Shown: positions 41,444 to 51,613, counted from the first letter of the stretch. The stretch is DNA of 64,000 bases from an uncultured Thermoplasmatales archaeon (GCA_964414415.1 CAYPWJ010000001.1:7007-71006), one strand, 5' to 3'. Notes: generated by a model not told the origin, from the sequence alone. Numbers and translations are program-made.

Positions 41444-41719
41444 AGCAATCGCGACAGACATCGGAATGGCGATGTGTTATATAAAAGTTGTTTTTGCGAG
41501 ATAGGGGGGGAGCAGCGACCCTCATCATGGCCCGTTATCCGGATGTGAGGTGCCGACTGTGCAGCTCTGTGTGGTCCATGCTGCTGTCTGTGTTCTCAGA
41601 CAACAGCAGAGAATAGGGGAGCGACGTAGTTAAATTTTTCTTTAACTCGGTTCAAATCAGGTTGAGAAAAACGTTATTTAACGACGGCTCAATCAGGCTT
41701 GACGTGTCACGAGGTAACC

Positions 41720-43129
41720 ATGTCACTTGCAACGCCAAAATACACTGACCCCGCTTTTCTCGAAGAGGTGAACAGGCGGCTGGCCGGCTATATGCCGGAG
41801 GGCGGCCCTGCACATCCAGGCGAAGTGGCGCTCTACGAACCGGCGAGCATGTACGGCACATCAAGGGAGACGGCGGAGCAATACCGCCTCGACGCCATAC
41901 GGCATGCATTCCGGCATCACTATGAAAACAACAAATTTTACCACGATTACTGCCGCGAGCACGATGTAGCGCCGGACGACGTTACGGACTTCGATGATTT
42001 CCACAAGATACCGCTGCTCTCCCACCGGTTTTTCAAAGATTACCCGGACGGCAAAGAATTTGCCATGTGGGTTGCAAACATCATGACCGGAGAGATTCCC
42101 CGGGTGACCATCGACTCGGCGGAGCCGAGCTACGACGACGTCATCGAAAGCTTCGGCCGCTCCGGCGTCACCATCGCCTACTCAAGCGGCACCACCGGCC
42201 GGTTCACCTTCATCCCACGCGACCGGCAGACGTATTACGATGCAGAATACGCCATCGCCAGATGCTGCCTGGAAATGCTGAGCGACTGGTGGGAATATGA
42301 CTCCGACGCCTACCTGCTGTTTCCACACCCCCACAAGACCAACCTCTGGGTCGGCAAGGTCACTGCGGCGCTGCCCGATGCAGTCGTCAAAAACGTCGAG
42401 GTGGCCATCGACCGCGAGATCACCACCGACCTCATCCGGGTATCGATGGGCAGACCCGAGGGCATCAAGGAAAAACTGATGAGCGGCATCGCGCGGCTCA
42501 CATCGAAGCGGCGCAACCGGAAGATGGTTGACGACATCATCAGCTGGCTTGAACGCCTCGAGCCCACTGACAGGCACATCGGCTTTTTCGGTGCCCCTTT
42601 CATCCTCAACCTGGTCATGGACAAGCTGGCTGAGGAGGGCAGGCACTTCGACTTCGGCGAGCGCGGCGCCGTGATGACCGGCGGCGGATGGAAAGTCCAC
42701 GAGGACCAGCGGCTGCCCGTCGAAGACTTCAGGCAACGAGTCGAAACATATCTGGGTATCCCCGACCGGCAGTGCCTCGACCTCTACGCGATGGTGGAAT
42801 GCAACGGGTTCATGGCCCAGTGCCCCGAGGGCCATTATCTGCACATCCCGCACAATTATCTCCACCCCATGGTGCTCGACGAGAACAACCAGCCGCTCGG
42901 CTACGGTGAGTACGGCAAATTCGCGTTCTTGGACGGCCTCGCGATGAGCTACCCTGGCTTCATCTTCACCGGCGACCGGGTAAAGCTCCATGAGAGCTGC
43001 CCGGGCTGCGACCGCGAGGGACCGGTCCTCGAGCCCGAGGTGAGCAGAATGGCCGGCGAGGAGATACGCGGGTGCGCGGAGGAGATGCGGAAGATGCTGA
43101 TGAGCGACCTCGACGAGGTGAGCCAGTGA
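41720..43129 (+). CDS. LuxE/PaaK-like acyl-protein synthetase (ANL superfamily)
   Basis: FYHDYC...IPLL...FFK, YSSGTTG, TGGGWK, D.Y.M.E, SYPG.I.TGD, GCA. Confidence 0.82.
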   Translation: MSLATPKYTDPAFLEEVNRRLAGYMPEGGPAHPGEVALYEPASMYGTSRETAEQYRLDAIRHAFRHHYENNKFYHDYCREHDVAPDDVTDFDDFHKIPLLSHRFFKDYPDGKEFAMWVANIMTGEIPRVTIDSAEPSYDDVIESFGRSGVTIAYSSGTTGRFTFIPRDRQTYYDAEYAIARCCLEMLSDWWEYDSDAYLLFPHPHKTNLWVGKVTAALPDAVVKNVEVAIDREITTDLIRVSMGRPEGIKEKLMSGIARLTSKRRNRKMVDDIISWLERLEPTDRHIGFFGAPFILNLVMDKLAEEGRHFDFGERGAVMTGGGWKVHEDQRLPVEDFRQRVETYLGIPDRQCLDLYAMVECNGFMAQCPEGHYLHIPHNYLHPMVLDENNQPLGYGEYGKFAFLDGLAMSYPGFIFTGDRVKLHESCPGCDREGPVLEPEVSRMAGEEIRGCAEEMRKMLMSDLDEVSQ

Positions 43130-44109
43130 TCCAGAAGCTCCGTGAAATCAGGGAAAAAAACTACATCATGCCCTGGCAGATGTTCAAAAACGTCGCCCGG
43201 ACGATCCCAGCGCTCCTCAAAGGCGTCATACTGCATCCCGTGGCCGTCGTCAGGGCCAACCGCCTGGCTAAAAAAGTCAGCAAGGAGCCAGCGCAGATTG
43301 ACCCGCCGTACTCGATCCCCGAGTACCACGACGACATGCCGTATTATAACGAAAACAGCCGATATCTCCGCCCGACGCATTTCTGCGACAGCCACGCCCC
43401 GGACATCATCGCCATGGCAAACGAGCTCGGCGCCCATGAGCTGCCCAACCGGGAATATGCGGAGGCAGCCTTCGACTTCGTCAAGAACAACATCAAGCTG
43501 GCGTTTGTGCCGCTCGACGGCGCCGTTGAGACGCTCAGGCGAGGCAGCGGGACCTGTCTGCATCAGCTGTCGCTTTTTGCAGCGCTCTGTCGGGCCGGCG
43601 GCGTGTCAGCGCGCTACCGGCTCTACAGCCTGGCGCTCGTCGAATCCATGTACGACAACCTGGTGGGGGCCAGCCGTGTGCTGCAGCACTGGTACGATGC
43701 CTTCGGCTCGTTCATGCTCCACGGTACGGCGGAGGCGCTCATCGACGGTGAATGGGTGACCGCCGACCCGACGTTCACCCCGGCGTACGAGGTTGCAATG
43801 GGCGTGCCGCTGGCCACGTTCGGTGACGACCCCACCGGCAGGTGGAACTACCCCGTCGAGGATACGATGATGGTGCTGGAAGGGCTGCCCTACGGAATCG
43901 GTGCCGGCTGGAATTTCCTGGTCAAGCGGGCGCTCCCCGGCGAGGTCATGAAGATAAACATGAGCGTGGAAAAAGCCAGACAGCGTGGCCGGGAGCAGCT
44001 TGATGAAATAGGGCTGGAGAGCTATGACAGCTCGACACGTGCGGGCTACCGGGCGCAGATGCCCAACGTCACGCTGGAGCGCTCGCCGCAGCTGGTGTTC
44101 GAGGACTAA
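43126..44109 (+). CDS. Transglutaminase-like (Cys-His-Asp) protein
   Basis: YLRPT..CD, GTCLHQ..LF.ALCRAGG..AR, HG.AE..IDG.W...DPT; GTG start overlaps upstream stop. Confidence 0.82.
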   Translation: MIQKLREIREKNYIMPWQMFKNVARTIPALLKGVILHPVAVVRANRLAKKVSKEPAQIDPPYSIPEYHDDMPYYNENSRYLRPTHFCDSHAPDIIAMANELGAHELPNREYAEAAFDFVKNNIKLAFVPLDGAVETLRRGSGTCLHQLSLFAALCRAGGVSARYRLYSLALVESMYDNLVGASRVLQHWYDAFGSFMLHGTAEALIDGEWVTADPTFTPAYEVAMGVPLATFGDDPTGRWNYPVEDTMMVLEGLPYGIGAGWNFLVKRALPGEVMKINMSVEKARQRGREQLDEIGLESYDSSTRAGYRAQMPNVTLERSPQLVFED

Positions 44110-44387
44110 CACTCTGTCGGTCCCTGGCAAATGACGGCGCTCTAATGCTGGTTTTTCGCTCGGCATTCCGGGCATTTTTCTTTGCCGGTGGGCTCCTGCT
44201 CGTTGACGTTCCATCCCGGGTCGTCGACGCCCGCGGGAACAGAGGAGCAGGTGGTACGCCAGTGAGCGATGCCGCCTTCCATCTTCCAGTAATATGGCAC
44301 AGTGTTATCGGCACGCGATATGTAACGATTTACCGCGCTGCGGAGGGCGGCGCATAATCTTTAAATGCATCCAGCGTTCCCATATAT

Positions 44388-45620
44388 ATGAACAAAGCGC
44401 TCGTCGCCGCATTTATCGCCATCTGTCTCGTGGCGCCGTCATACGCCGTTTTTGGCTCCGCCGCCGCGCAGTCATCGGGTATCGACACCGACGACGTCAT
44501 GGATGACGTCAGCCGCAATATGGTGCAGGGCTACGTGCAGTCGCTGCAGGACATCGGCCCCCGCGTTACCGAGACGCCTGCATGCCAGGAGGCGGCCGAC
44601 TACATCGCCGACACGTTTTCTTCCTACGGCCTGTCGGTACATGAGCAAAGCTGGGAGTACAACGACTACGAAGGCGTCAACGTCGAGGCGACGCTGCCCG
44701 GTGTCAACCAGTCGAGCGACCGCGTGTACGTCATCTGCGCTCATTACGACACCGTCCAGGGGTCACCCGGCGCCGACGACGACGGTTCAGGCGTGGCAGC
44801 GGTGCTCGCTGCAGCCAAGACGTTCAGCTCCTACCAGTTCCATCACACCGTCCGCTTCGTCACGTTTTCCGGCGAGGAACAGGGACTGCTCGGCAGTCAC
44901 GAATATGCACGGAAAGCCAACGAGAGCCAGGAAAACATCATGGGCGTCCTCAACGCCGACATGATCGGCTACACCGAGACGGAGACAGGGCGGCGGCACA
45001 TCGAGATACAGGAGGTGCCATCCTCCACGTGGATGACCAACCTGTCCATCAACCTCACTGAGCGATATCCCTCGCTCAACCTCACCGTGGCCCGGGAGCG
45101 GAGTCATCCCTACAGCGACCATCATTCCTTCATCAGCTACGGGTTCAACGCCACGTTTTTCTTCGAGTACGATTTCAACGACTACTATCACTCGCCTGAC
45201 GACACCATCGACAAGATGGACCTTGATTATGCAACGAGGGTCACCCGACTGATGGTGGGCACCCTGACAGAGCTCGCTGTGCTGGCTGAGGGCGACTGGG
45301 AGCCACCAGCCCTTTCATTCAAGCGACCTCGACGGGGCACGCTCTACCTGCAGGACAGCGAGGCAACGTCGCTGCCGCTCGGCATGACCGTCGTCGTAGG
45401 CGACCTCACCGTGGAGGCCAGCGCCTCCGACAACCTGAGCGCAGTCGACCGCGTCGAGTTCTCCATGGACGGGAGGCTGCTGGCGACGGACAGCGAGGCG
45501 CCCTACACCTTTCTGTGGGATGAGCGGGCGCTGCTGTTCCACCGGTTGCAGGCGACCGCGTACGACGCGGCCGGTAACACCCGCCAGCGAACGGTGCAGG
45601 TACTCGCCTTCAACCTGTAG
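44388..45620 (+). CDS. Secreted M28-family peptidase with C-terminal Ig-like domain
   Basis: CAHYDT, GADDDGSG, GEEQGLLGS, NADMIG, SDH, YH...D. Confidence 0.9.
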   Translation: MNKALVAAFIAICLVAPSYAVFGSAAAQSSGIDTDDVMDDVSRNMVQGYVQSLQDIGPRVTETPACQEAADYIADTFSSYGLSVHEQSWEYNDYEGVNVEATLPGVNQSSDRVYVICAHYDTVQGSPGADDDGSGVAAVLAAAKTFSSYQFHHTVRFVTFSGEEQGLLGSHEYARKANESQENIMGVLNADMIGYTETETGRRHIEIQEVPSSTWMTNLSINLTERYPSLNLTVARERSHPYSDHHSFISYGFNATFFFEYDFNDYYHSPDDTIDKMDLDYATRVTRLMVGTLTELAVLAEGDWEPPALSFKRPRRGTLYLQDSEATSLPLGMTVVVGDLTVEASASDNLSAVDRVEFSMDGRLLATDSEAPYTFLWDERALLFHRLQATAYDAAGNTRQRTVQVLAFNL

Positions 45621-45662
45621 CCCCGGCAAAAACATTTTAACGGCCGGCGCTTTATCCCTCCA

Positions 45663-48600
45663 ATGAGCGCCGACAGCGACCAGGAACAACAATATGACCC
45701 GCCGACCGTCGAGCAGGACGTCATCGAATTCTGGAAGACCAACGACATCTTCGAGAAATCATTGCAGCAGCGCTGCGACTGTGAGCCCTTTGTCTTCCTC
45801 GAGGGGCCGCCGACCGCCAACGGACTGCCGCATCCCGGCCACGTCTTGACCCGTGCCGTCAAGGACGTCGTGCTGCGCTACAAGACAATGCAGGGTTACT
45901 ACGTGGCGCGCAAGGCCGGCTGGGATACCCACGGCCTGCCCGTCGAGATCGAGGTCGAAAAATCACTCGGGCTGGAGGAAAAACAAGAGATAGAGGACTA
46001 CGGCATCGAGCGCTTCAACAAACAGTGCCGGGAGAGCGTCTTCCGGTACGAGGAGGCATGGAAGGACATGACGGAGCGCGTGGGCTTCTGGCTGGACATG
46101 GAGCATCCCTACGTCACCCTGGAAAACGACTACATAGAGTCGGTCTGGTGGTCGCTCAAGCAGGCCTGGGAGAAAGGGCTGCTTACCCGCGGTCATCGGG
46201 TGACGCCGTACTGCCCGCGCTGCGGGACGACGCTGTCGTCGCACGAGGTCGCGCAGGGCTATAAAGAGGTGACGGACCCGTCGATATACATCAAGTTCAA
46301 GGTCAAGGAGAGCGATGCCTATCTGCTGGCGTGGACGACGACGCCGTGGACGCTGATATCCAACGTGGCGCTGGCCGTTCATCCCGACGAGCTCTACGTC
46401 AAGATCGAGCACCAGGGCGACGAGCTCATCCTGGCGGAGGAGCGCGCCGTCGAGCTGTTCGAGGACGACGAGTACCAAATGCTGGATGCATGGAAAGGCG
46501 AGGAACTCGTCGGCATGCAGTATGAGCCGCTGTACCGCTACGCTGAGCCGGACGAGCAGCCATGGCGGGTCATCCCGGCTGACTTCGTCACCATGGACGA
46601 CGGCACCGGCGTCGTGCACATCGCCCCTGCATTCGGCGAGGAGGACTACGAGGCCGGCAAAGAACACGGCCTGCCCGTTGTGCAGCTCGTGCAGGACGAC
46701 GGCACGTTTCCACCTGCGGTAGAGAAATGGGCCGGGCAGTTCGTCAAGGATGCCGACCCGGGCATCATCGCCGACTTGGAGGAGCGCGGGCTGCTGCTCG
46801 CCTCGCACGACATCACCCATCAGTACCCGTTCTGCTGGCGCTGCAACACACCGTTGCTCTACTACGCCATCGAGTCCTGGTTCATCGAGATGTCGCGGCT
46901 CCGCCAGGAGCTCATGGACAACAATGAACACATCGACTGGTACCCCGGCCATCTCAAAGACGGGCGCTTCGGCGGCTTCATCGAGGAAGCCCGCGATTGG
47001 TCGCTGTCCCGGAAGCGGTATTGGGGTACCCCGCTGCCCATCTGGACGTGCCGGAGCTGCGGCAACGAGCTCTGCGTCGGTAGCGTCGAGGAGCTCCGCG
47101 AGCTCGCCGGCGAGATGCCGGAGGACTACAACCTGCACCGTCCCTTTGTCGACGAGCTCGAGCTGCAGTGCCCTGCATGTGGCGGCACGATGGAGCGGGA
47201 GCCCGACGTCATCGACGCCTGGTATGACTCAGGCTCGGCGTTCTTCGCCCAGTGGCACTATCCCTTTGAAAACCGCGACGCCTTCGAGAAAAACTTTCCG
47301 GCGGACTTCATCTGTGAGGCCATCGACCAGACACGCGGGTGGTTCTACTCGCTGCTCGCTATCTCCACGCTGACATTCGACAGCCACTCCTACGAGCAGG
47401 TTGTCTCCCTCGGCCTCATCCTTGACAGGGAGGGCCAGAAGATGTCCAAGAAGGACCGGAACTACGTCAGCCCCGGCGATATCTTCGAGCGAGAGGGCGC
47501 AGATGCGATGCGCTGGTATCTCATCTCCGCGTCGGCGCCGTGGTCGCCGAAGCGCTTCTACGAAGAGGTCGTCCGGGAGGCACTCGGCAAGTTCCTGCTC
47601 ACCCTGTGGAACGTCTACTCGTTCTACGAAACATATGCCTCGCTTGACTCCTTCACCTACCACGAGCACGACATCCCGCCGGCGGAGCGGAGCATCCTCG
47701 ACCGATGGGTGCTGTCCCGCCTCAACACCGTAACCGGGGAGGCACAGCAGTACATCGAGCGATTCGAGCTGCACAAGGCCGCCCGTCTCATCGAGGACTT
47801 CGTCGTCGACGACGTCAGCAACTGGTACATACGGAACAGCCGGAAGCGCTTCTGGCTTGAGGAGGACAGCTCCGACAAGCTCGCAGGCTACGCGACCATC
47901 TACGAGCTGCTGGAGACACTGTCCCGACTGGTGGCGCCGTTCGTGCCGTTCATCTCGGAGCGCATCTACCGCAGCCTCAAGCAGCACTTTGCCCGCAGCG
48001 TGGAGCCGGAAAGCGTCCACCTGTGCGACTATCCCTCAGTCAACACAGACCTGGCCGACGATACGCTGGAAGCGCAGATGGAGCAGGCCCGCGAGATAAC
48101 CGAGACGGCGCGGTCGCTCCGCGCAAAGCACGACGTCAAGCTCCGGTATCCCCTCTCAGCAGCGGTCATCGTCGGCGACGACCTCACCCGGATGACAGAG
48201 CTGCTCAAAAACGAGATAAACGTCAAAGACATCGCGTTCGAGGACAGCCTCGAGCCATACCTGGAGCGGGTGGCGAAGCCAGCCTTCTCCGTGCTCGGCC
48301 CCAAGCTCAAGGGAAACGTCGACGAGGTAGCAGCCATCATCGAAGACAGCGCACCGGACACGCTGCCCGGCACCGACGTCGCTATCGACGGCGACAGCTA
48401 CACCATCCAGGAGGAGGACTACACCGTCGAGGAACGAGAGCGAGACGGTTACGCCATCGACAGCGCCGGCGACCTCCACGTCGTGCTGTCCCTCGAACAG
48501 ACCGACGAGCTGCTTGTGGAGGGCTTCGCCCGAGAGCTGGTGCGACGCATCCAGGAGATGCGCAAGGAACTCGACCTCGACATGGAGGAACGCATCGCCA

Positions 48601-48761
48601 CCGCCATCGACATAGACGGCAGCCGGATAGAGGGCTGGACCGACTACATCAAGACCGAGACCCGCTCCGACCAGCTCGTGCTCGGCAGCACGGACGGCGA
48701 CCTCGTCAGAGAATGGACCATCGATGGAGAGCCGATCTCCATCGGCATCGGGAGGCGATAA
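45663..48761 (+). CDS. ileS: Isoleucine--tRNA ligase
   Basis: EGPPTANG.PHPGH, GWDTHGLPVE, WTTTPWTL, GTGVVHIAP, SRKRYWGTP, DQTRGWFY, KMSK. Confidence 0.97.
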   Translation: MSADSDQEQQYDPPTVEQDVIEFWKTNDIFEKSLQQRCDCEPFVFLEGPPTANGLPHPGHVLTRAVKDVVLRYKTMQGYYVARKAGWDTHGLPVEIEVEKSLGLEEKQEIEDYGIERFNKQCRESVFRYEEAWKDMTERVGFWLDMEHPYVTLENDYIESVWWSLKQAWEKGLLTRGHRVTPYCPRCGTTLSSHEVAQGYKEVTDPSIYIKFKVKESDAYLLAWTTTPWTLISNVALAVHPDELYVKIEHQGDELILAEERAVELFEDDEYQMLDAWKGEELVGMQYEPLYRYAEPDEQPWRVIPADFVTMDDGTGVVHIAPAFGEEDYEAGKEHGLPVVQLVQDDGTFPPAVEKWAGQFVKDADPGIIADLEERGLLLASHDITHQYPFCWRCNTPLLYYAIESWFIEMSRLRQELMDNNEHIDWYPGHLKDGRFGGFIEEARDWSLSRKRYWGTPLPIWTCRSCGNELCVGSVEELRELAGEMPEDYNLHRPFVDELELQCPACGGTMEREPDVIDAWYDSGSAFFAQWHYPFENRDAFEKNFPADFICEAIDQTRGWFYSLLAISTLTFDSHSYEQVVSLGLILDREGQKMSKKDRNYVSPGDIFEREGADAMRWYLISASAPWSPKRFYEEVVREALGKFLLTLWNVYSFYETYASLDSFTYHEHDIPPAERSILDRWVLSRLNTVTGEAQQYIERFELHKAARLIEDFVVDDVSNWYIRNSRKRFWLEEDSSDKLAGYATIYELLETLSRLVAPFVPFISERIYRSLKQHFARSVEPESVHLCDYPSVNTDLADDTLEAQMEQAREITETARSLRAKHDVKLRYPLSAAVIVGDDLTRMTELLKNEINVKDIAFEDSLEPYLERVAKPAFSVLGPKLKGNVDEVAAIIEDSAPDTLPGTDVAIDGDSYTIQEEDYTVEERERDGYAIDSAGDLHVVLSLEQTDELLVEGFARELVRRIQEMRKELDLDMEERIATAIDIDGSRIEGWTDYIKTETRSDQLVLGSTDGDLVREWTIDGEPISIGIGRR

Positions 48762-48763
48762 CG

Positions 48764-49837
48764 ATGGGGAACTGCCACTTCTGCGGCAAGCCGACGCAGA
48801 GCCACACGCTGGGCGACTACGACATCTGCCACACCTGCTGGACCCAACGCGGCGACGACGTCGCAGCGCTTGAACAGGAGCTCAAGGCCCAGGTGGAACA
48901 GCCGCTCCGCGAGCTTGAACAAAACGAAAAAGAGGGTATCAAGCTCATCCGCATGATACAGCAGTACGCGATGCGCATCGAAGACCAGCTCAAGCAAGCA
49001 GCCCGCGAGTACGACGGCGAGGTCACTGAGCAGACACTTCCCGTCTTCCTGAACTGGTTCACCTTCGAGCGGGAACTCGACGACGGCTCAACGCCGGCGC
49101 AGCGCTTCGCCGCCTACTACGACACGCCCGGCTGGATTGCCGACGCAATCGAGCGCCTGCAGCAGCCCGTCCGCGGCTTTTTCGAGGTCACCGATCAGCT
49201 TGGCGAGGATCGCTACACCCTTCGGCATCTCATGGATGACACGACCTACGAGCTCTACGGCAACCTCGATCTGGACGAGGGCGATGTGGTCGGCAACAAA
49301 ATCTATCCGTGGCTCGACGTGTATCTTTCAGGTGGCGCACTGGCCATGTACGGCGAGGACGAGGCGGCCAAGATAAAACAGATGGCTGAGCAGTTCGGCG
49401 ACCTGCAGCGGCAGAGCCAGGAGATGCAGCGGCGCATCCACGAGGACTTCCTTGCCTACTTCGGGCGATGGGACCCCCTGTTCCTCTCGGAGGCAGAGGC
49501 GAGGGACATCCTCTCCGAGTTCATGGAATGGCGCGACGCTGACGCAGCGCCGCCGGAGCAGGACTGGAACGAAGGCGAGACGGCGCTGGTCTCCCACCCG
49601 GAGCACGGTATGACGGTCATCCCCGGCTATGGCTCCTTCAGGGACATGCTCGACAGCGGCGAGATAGATGCAACGGTCGCCAGGAAGGCACTTGAGCAGA
49701 TGCCGTCATGGGTACTCCAAGAGTTGATGGACGACGAGCAGTTGGCAGAGGTCGCAAGCGAGGCCTCCGACCGCAACCTCGACCCCGGCGACGTCGACGC
49801 GTTCATGGCAAGCGTGAGGGATGACTGGAGCCAGTGA
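48764..49837 (+). CDS. Hypothetical protein with N-terminal Zn finger
   Basis: CHFC...CHTC; host-like codon usage; starts 2 bp after ileS stop. Confidence 0.7.
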   Translation: MGNCHFCGKPTQSHTLGDYDICHTCWTQRGDDVAALEQELKAQVEQPLRELEQNEKEGIKLIRMIQQYAMRIEDQLKQAAREYDGEVTEQTLPVFLNWFTFERELDDGSTPAQRFAAYYDTPGWIADAIERLQQPVRGFFEVTDQLGEDRYTLRHLMDDTTYELYGNLDLDEGDVVGNKIYPWLDVYLSGGALAMYGEDEAAKIKQMAEQFGDLQRQSQEMQRRIHEDFLAYFGRWDPLFLSEAEARDILSEFMEWRDADAAPPEQDWNEGETALVSHPEHGMTVIPGYGSFRDMLDSGEIDATVARKALEQMPSWVLQELMDDEQLAEVASEASDRNLDPGDVDAFMASVRDDWSQ

Positions 49838-49872
49838 GGTCACATTTTTAAATATCTGGCCGTTATGCCCGT

Positions 49873-50214
49873 ATGATAGTCGAACACCAGCATGACGTCA
49901 CGGCGGAGCAGGTGGAGATGGAGGGCGCTGAGAACGTCACCATCCAGTGGCTTATCGACGACAAGCGTGGTGCTCCCACTTTTGCGATGCGCAGGTTCGT
50001 CGTCGGCCCCGACGGCCACACGCCGCTGCATGAGCATCCATGGGAACACGAGATATACGTGCTTGCGGGCGAGGGAGCACTCGTCGAGGAAGACGGCAAC
50101 GAGCATCCACTTGATCCGCATCGCTTCGGCTACGTGTCCCCCGGCGAGACCCACCAGTTCAAAAACACGGGGAACGACGACTTCGTGTTCCTCTGCATGA
50201 TACCTCTCCAATGA
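49873..50214 (+). CDS. Cupin-domain protein
   Basis: FAMRRF...G.TPLHEHPWEHEIYVL.G.G...H.F.N. Confidence 0.88.
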   Translation: MIVEHQHDVTAEQVEMEGAENVTIQWLIDDKRGAPTFAMRRFVVGPDGHTPLHEHPWEHEIYVLAGEGALVEEDGNEHPLDPHRFGYVSPGETHQFKNTGNDDFVFLCMIPLQ

Positions 50215-50699
50215 CATTTGAAACCTTCACCATCTCCCGGGAAGAGGTCAGCAACCCGCTGCTGCCCGAGATCGTCAGAGCAGGCAAACAGCTGTCCGAA
50301 AATGGATGCACCGCCGGTGTCATCAGCGCTCGATACGGCAACCGCGTCGTGCTGTCCACTGGGCCGCTTGCAGACCTCGAGCCGGCAGCCTTCGTCGAGC
50401 TGGCGGACTATGATCCAGCGCGCAACGTCGTGATGGTCATCGGCACCAACGCGCCGCCGCAGTCGACGCCGCTGCACTGGCTGCTGTACCGCCGCAGCGA
50501 GACCAATGCAGCCATACAGCTCCACCGGACGTTTGATGACATAGAGACGGCCGACTGCGACCCGGCAGGCGGCATAGATGAGCTTATGGAGGTGCTCCGC
50601 CTGCTCAGAGACAGCGCCTGTGTCAACCTCGACGGCGACGACTGCGTTGCCGTCGGCGGCAGTGTCGCCGCAGCGCTGGAGGAGATACCATGCGTGTAG
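50211..50699 (+). CDS. Divergent class II aldolase/adducin-like protein
   Basis: G.ISAR, LH..LY.R....AAIQLH; catalytic motifs degenerate. Confidence 0.55.
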   Translation: MTFETFTISREEVSNPLLPEIVRAGKQLSENGCTAGVISARYGNRVVLSTGPLADLEPAAFVELADYDPARNVVMVIGTNAPPQSTPLHWLLYRRSETNAAIQLHRTFDDIETADCDPAGGIDELMEVLRLLRDSACVNLDGDDCVAVGGSVAAALEEIPCV

Positions 50700-51610
50700 A
50701 GGGAGAAGACATGCGCTCGCTGTGGTGGGATAATGGAACGCTTGTATTCATCGACCAGCGCCAGCTGCCGTTTCAGCTCAGGTTTTTTGAGGCAACCGAT
50801 GTTGACGAGGTCGCCGAGGCGATCAAAAAGATGGTGGTCCGGGGTGCCCCGGCCATTGGATGTGCTGCATGCTACGGCATGGTGCTCGGCGACGGCGGCA
50901 CAGGCGCGGCGCGGAAGCTCCGGAGGACGAGGCCGACCGCCCATGACCTGTTCTACGCGATCGATTATATGCTCGAGCATGACGGCGAGCTTGAGGCGGC
51001 GCATGCCTACGTGGAGGACGTCATCGAGCGGTGCCACCGCATCGGCGAACACGGCGCCGCGTTGATAGAGAAGGGCAGCCGCATCCTGACGCACTGCAAC
51101 GCCGGGGCGCTGGCGACGGTCGACTGGGGTACAGCGCTGGCGCCGATGCGCGTTGCCAGGGACTGCGACATCTTTGTCTGGGTGGACGAGACCCGGCCGC
51201 GCTGTCAGGGGCTGCTGACCGCCTGGGAGCTCGAGCAGGAGGACATCGAGCACGCCTACATTGCTGATAACGCTGCCGGGCATTACATGCAGCACGGCGA
51301 GATAGACATGGTCATCGTGGGCGCCGATTGCGTCGCGGCAAATTACGACGTGGCGAACAAGATCGGGACCTACGAGAAGGCGGTGCTGGCGCACGAGAAC
51401 GACGTGCCGTTCTACGTCGCGGCACCCCGCAGCACCTTCGACGAGGACATCGATAGTGGCGCCGACATCGAGATAGAGGAACGCGACCCCGTCGAGCTAT
51501 CCAAGATGCATGACTACACGCCGCGGCAGATATGCAATCCTGCCTTCGACGTCACGCCGGCCCGCTACGTTACGGCCTTCATCACCGAGGACGGCGTCGT
51601 CCGGCCGTGA
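50690..51610 (+). CDS. mtnA: S-methyl-5-thioribose-1-phosphate isomerase
   Basis: DQR.LP, MVVRGAPAIG, TRPTA, THCNAGALAT, DETRP..QG, ANKIGTY, NPAFDVTP. Confidence 0.92.
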   Translation: MRVEGEDMRSLWWDNGTLVFIDQRQLPFQLRFFEATDVDEVAEAIKKMVVRGAPAIGCAACYGMVLGDGGTGAARKLRRTRPTAHDLFYAIDYMLEHDGELEAAHAYVEDVIERCHRIGEHGAALIEKGSRILTHCNAGALATVDWGTALAPMRVARDCDIFVWVDETRPRCQGLLTAWELEQEDIEHAYIADNAAGHYMQHGEIDMVIVGADCVAANYDVANKIGTYEKAVLAHENDVPFYVAAPRSTFDEDIDSGADIEIEERDPVELSKMHDYTPRQICNPAFDVTPARYVTAFITEDGVVRP

Positions 51611-51613
51611 CTG

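Noticed and set aside
41500-41620. TPP riboswitch (CTGAGA and GGATAA words on the minus strand)
   Set aside because: Spacing and the remaining consensus do not fit, and no thiamine gene is adjacent
41720-43129. Bioluminescence lux operon
   Set aside because: No luxA/B/C/D nearby; LuxE-like proteins are widespread outside luminescence
48023-48763. N-terminal extensions in the ORF track (48023, also 34029, 36780, 39276, 26545)
   Set aside because: They overlap real genes or promoters; downstream ATGs coincide with the motif starts
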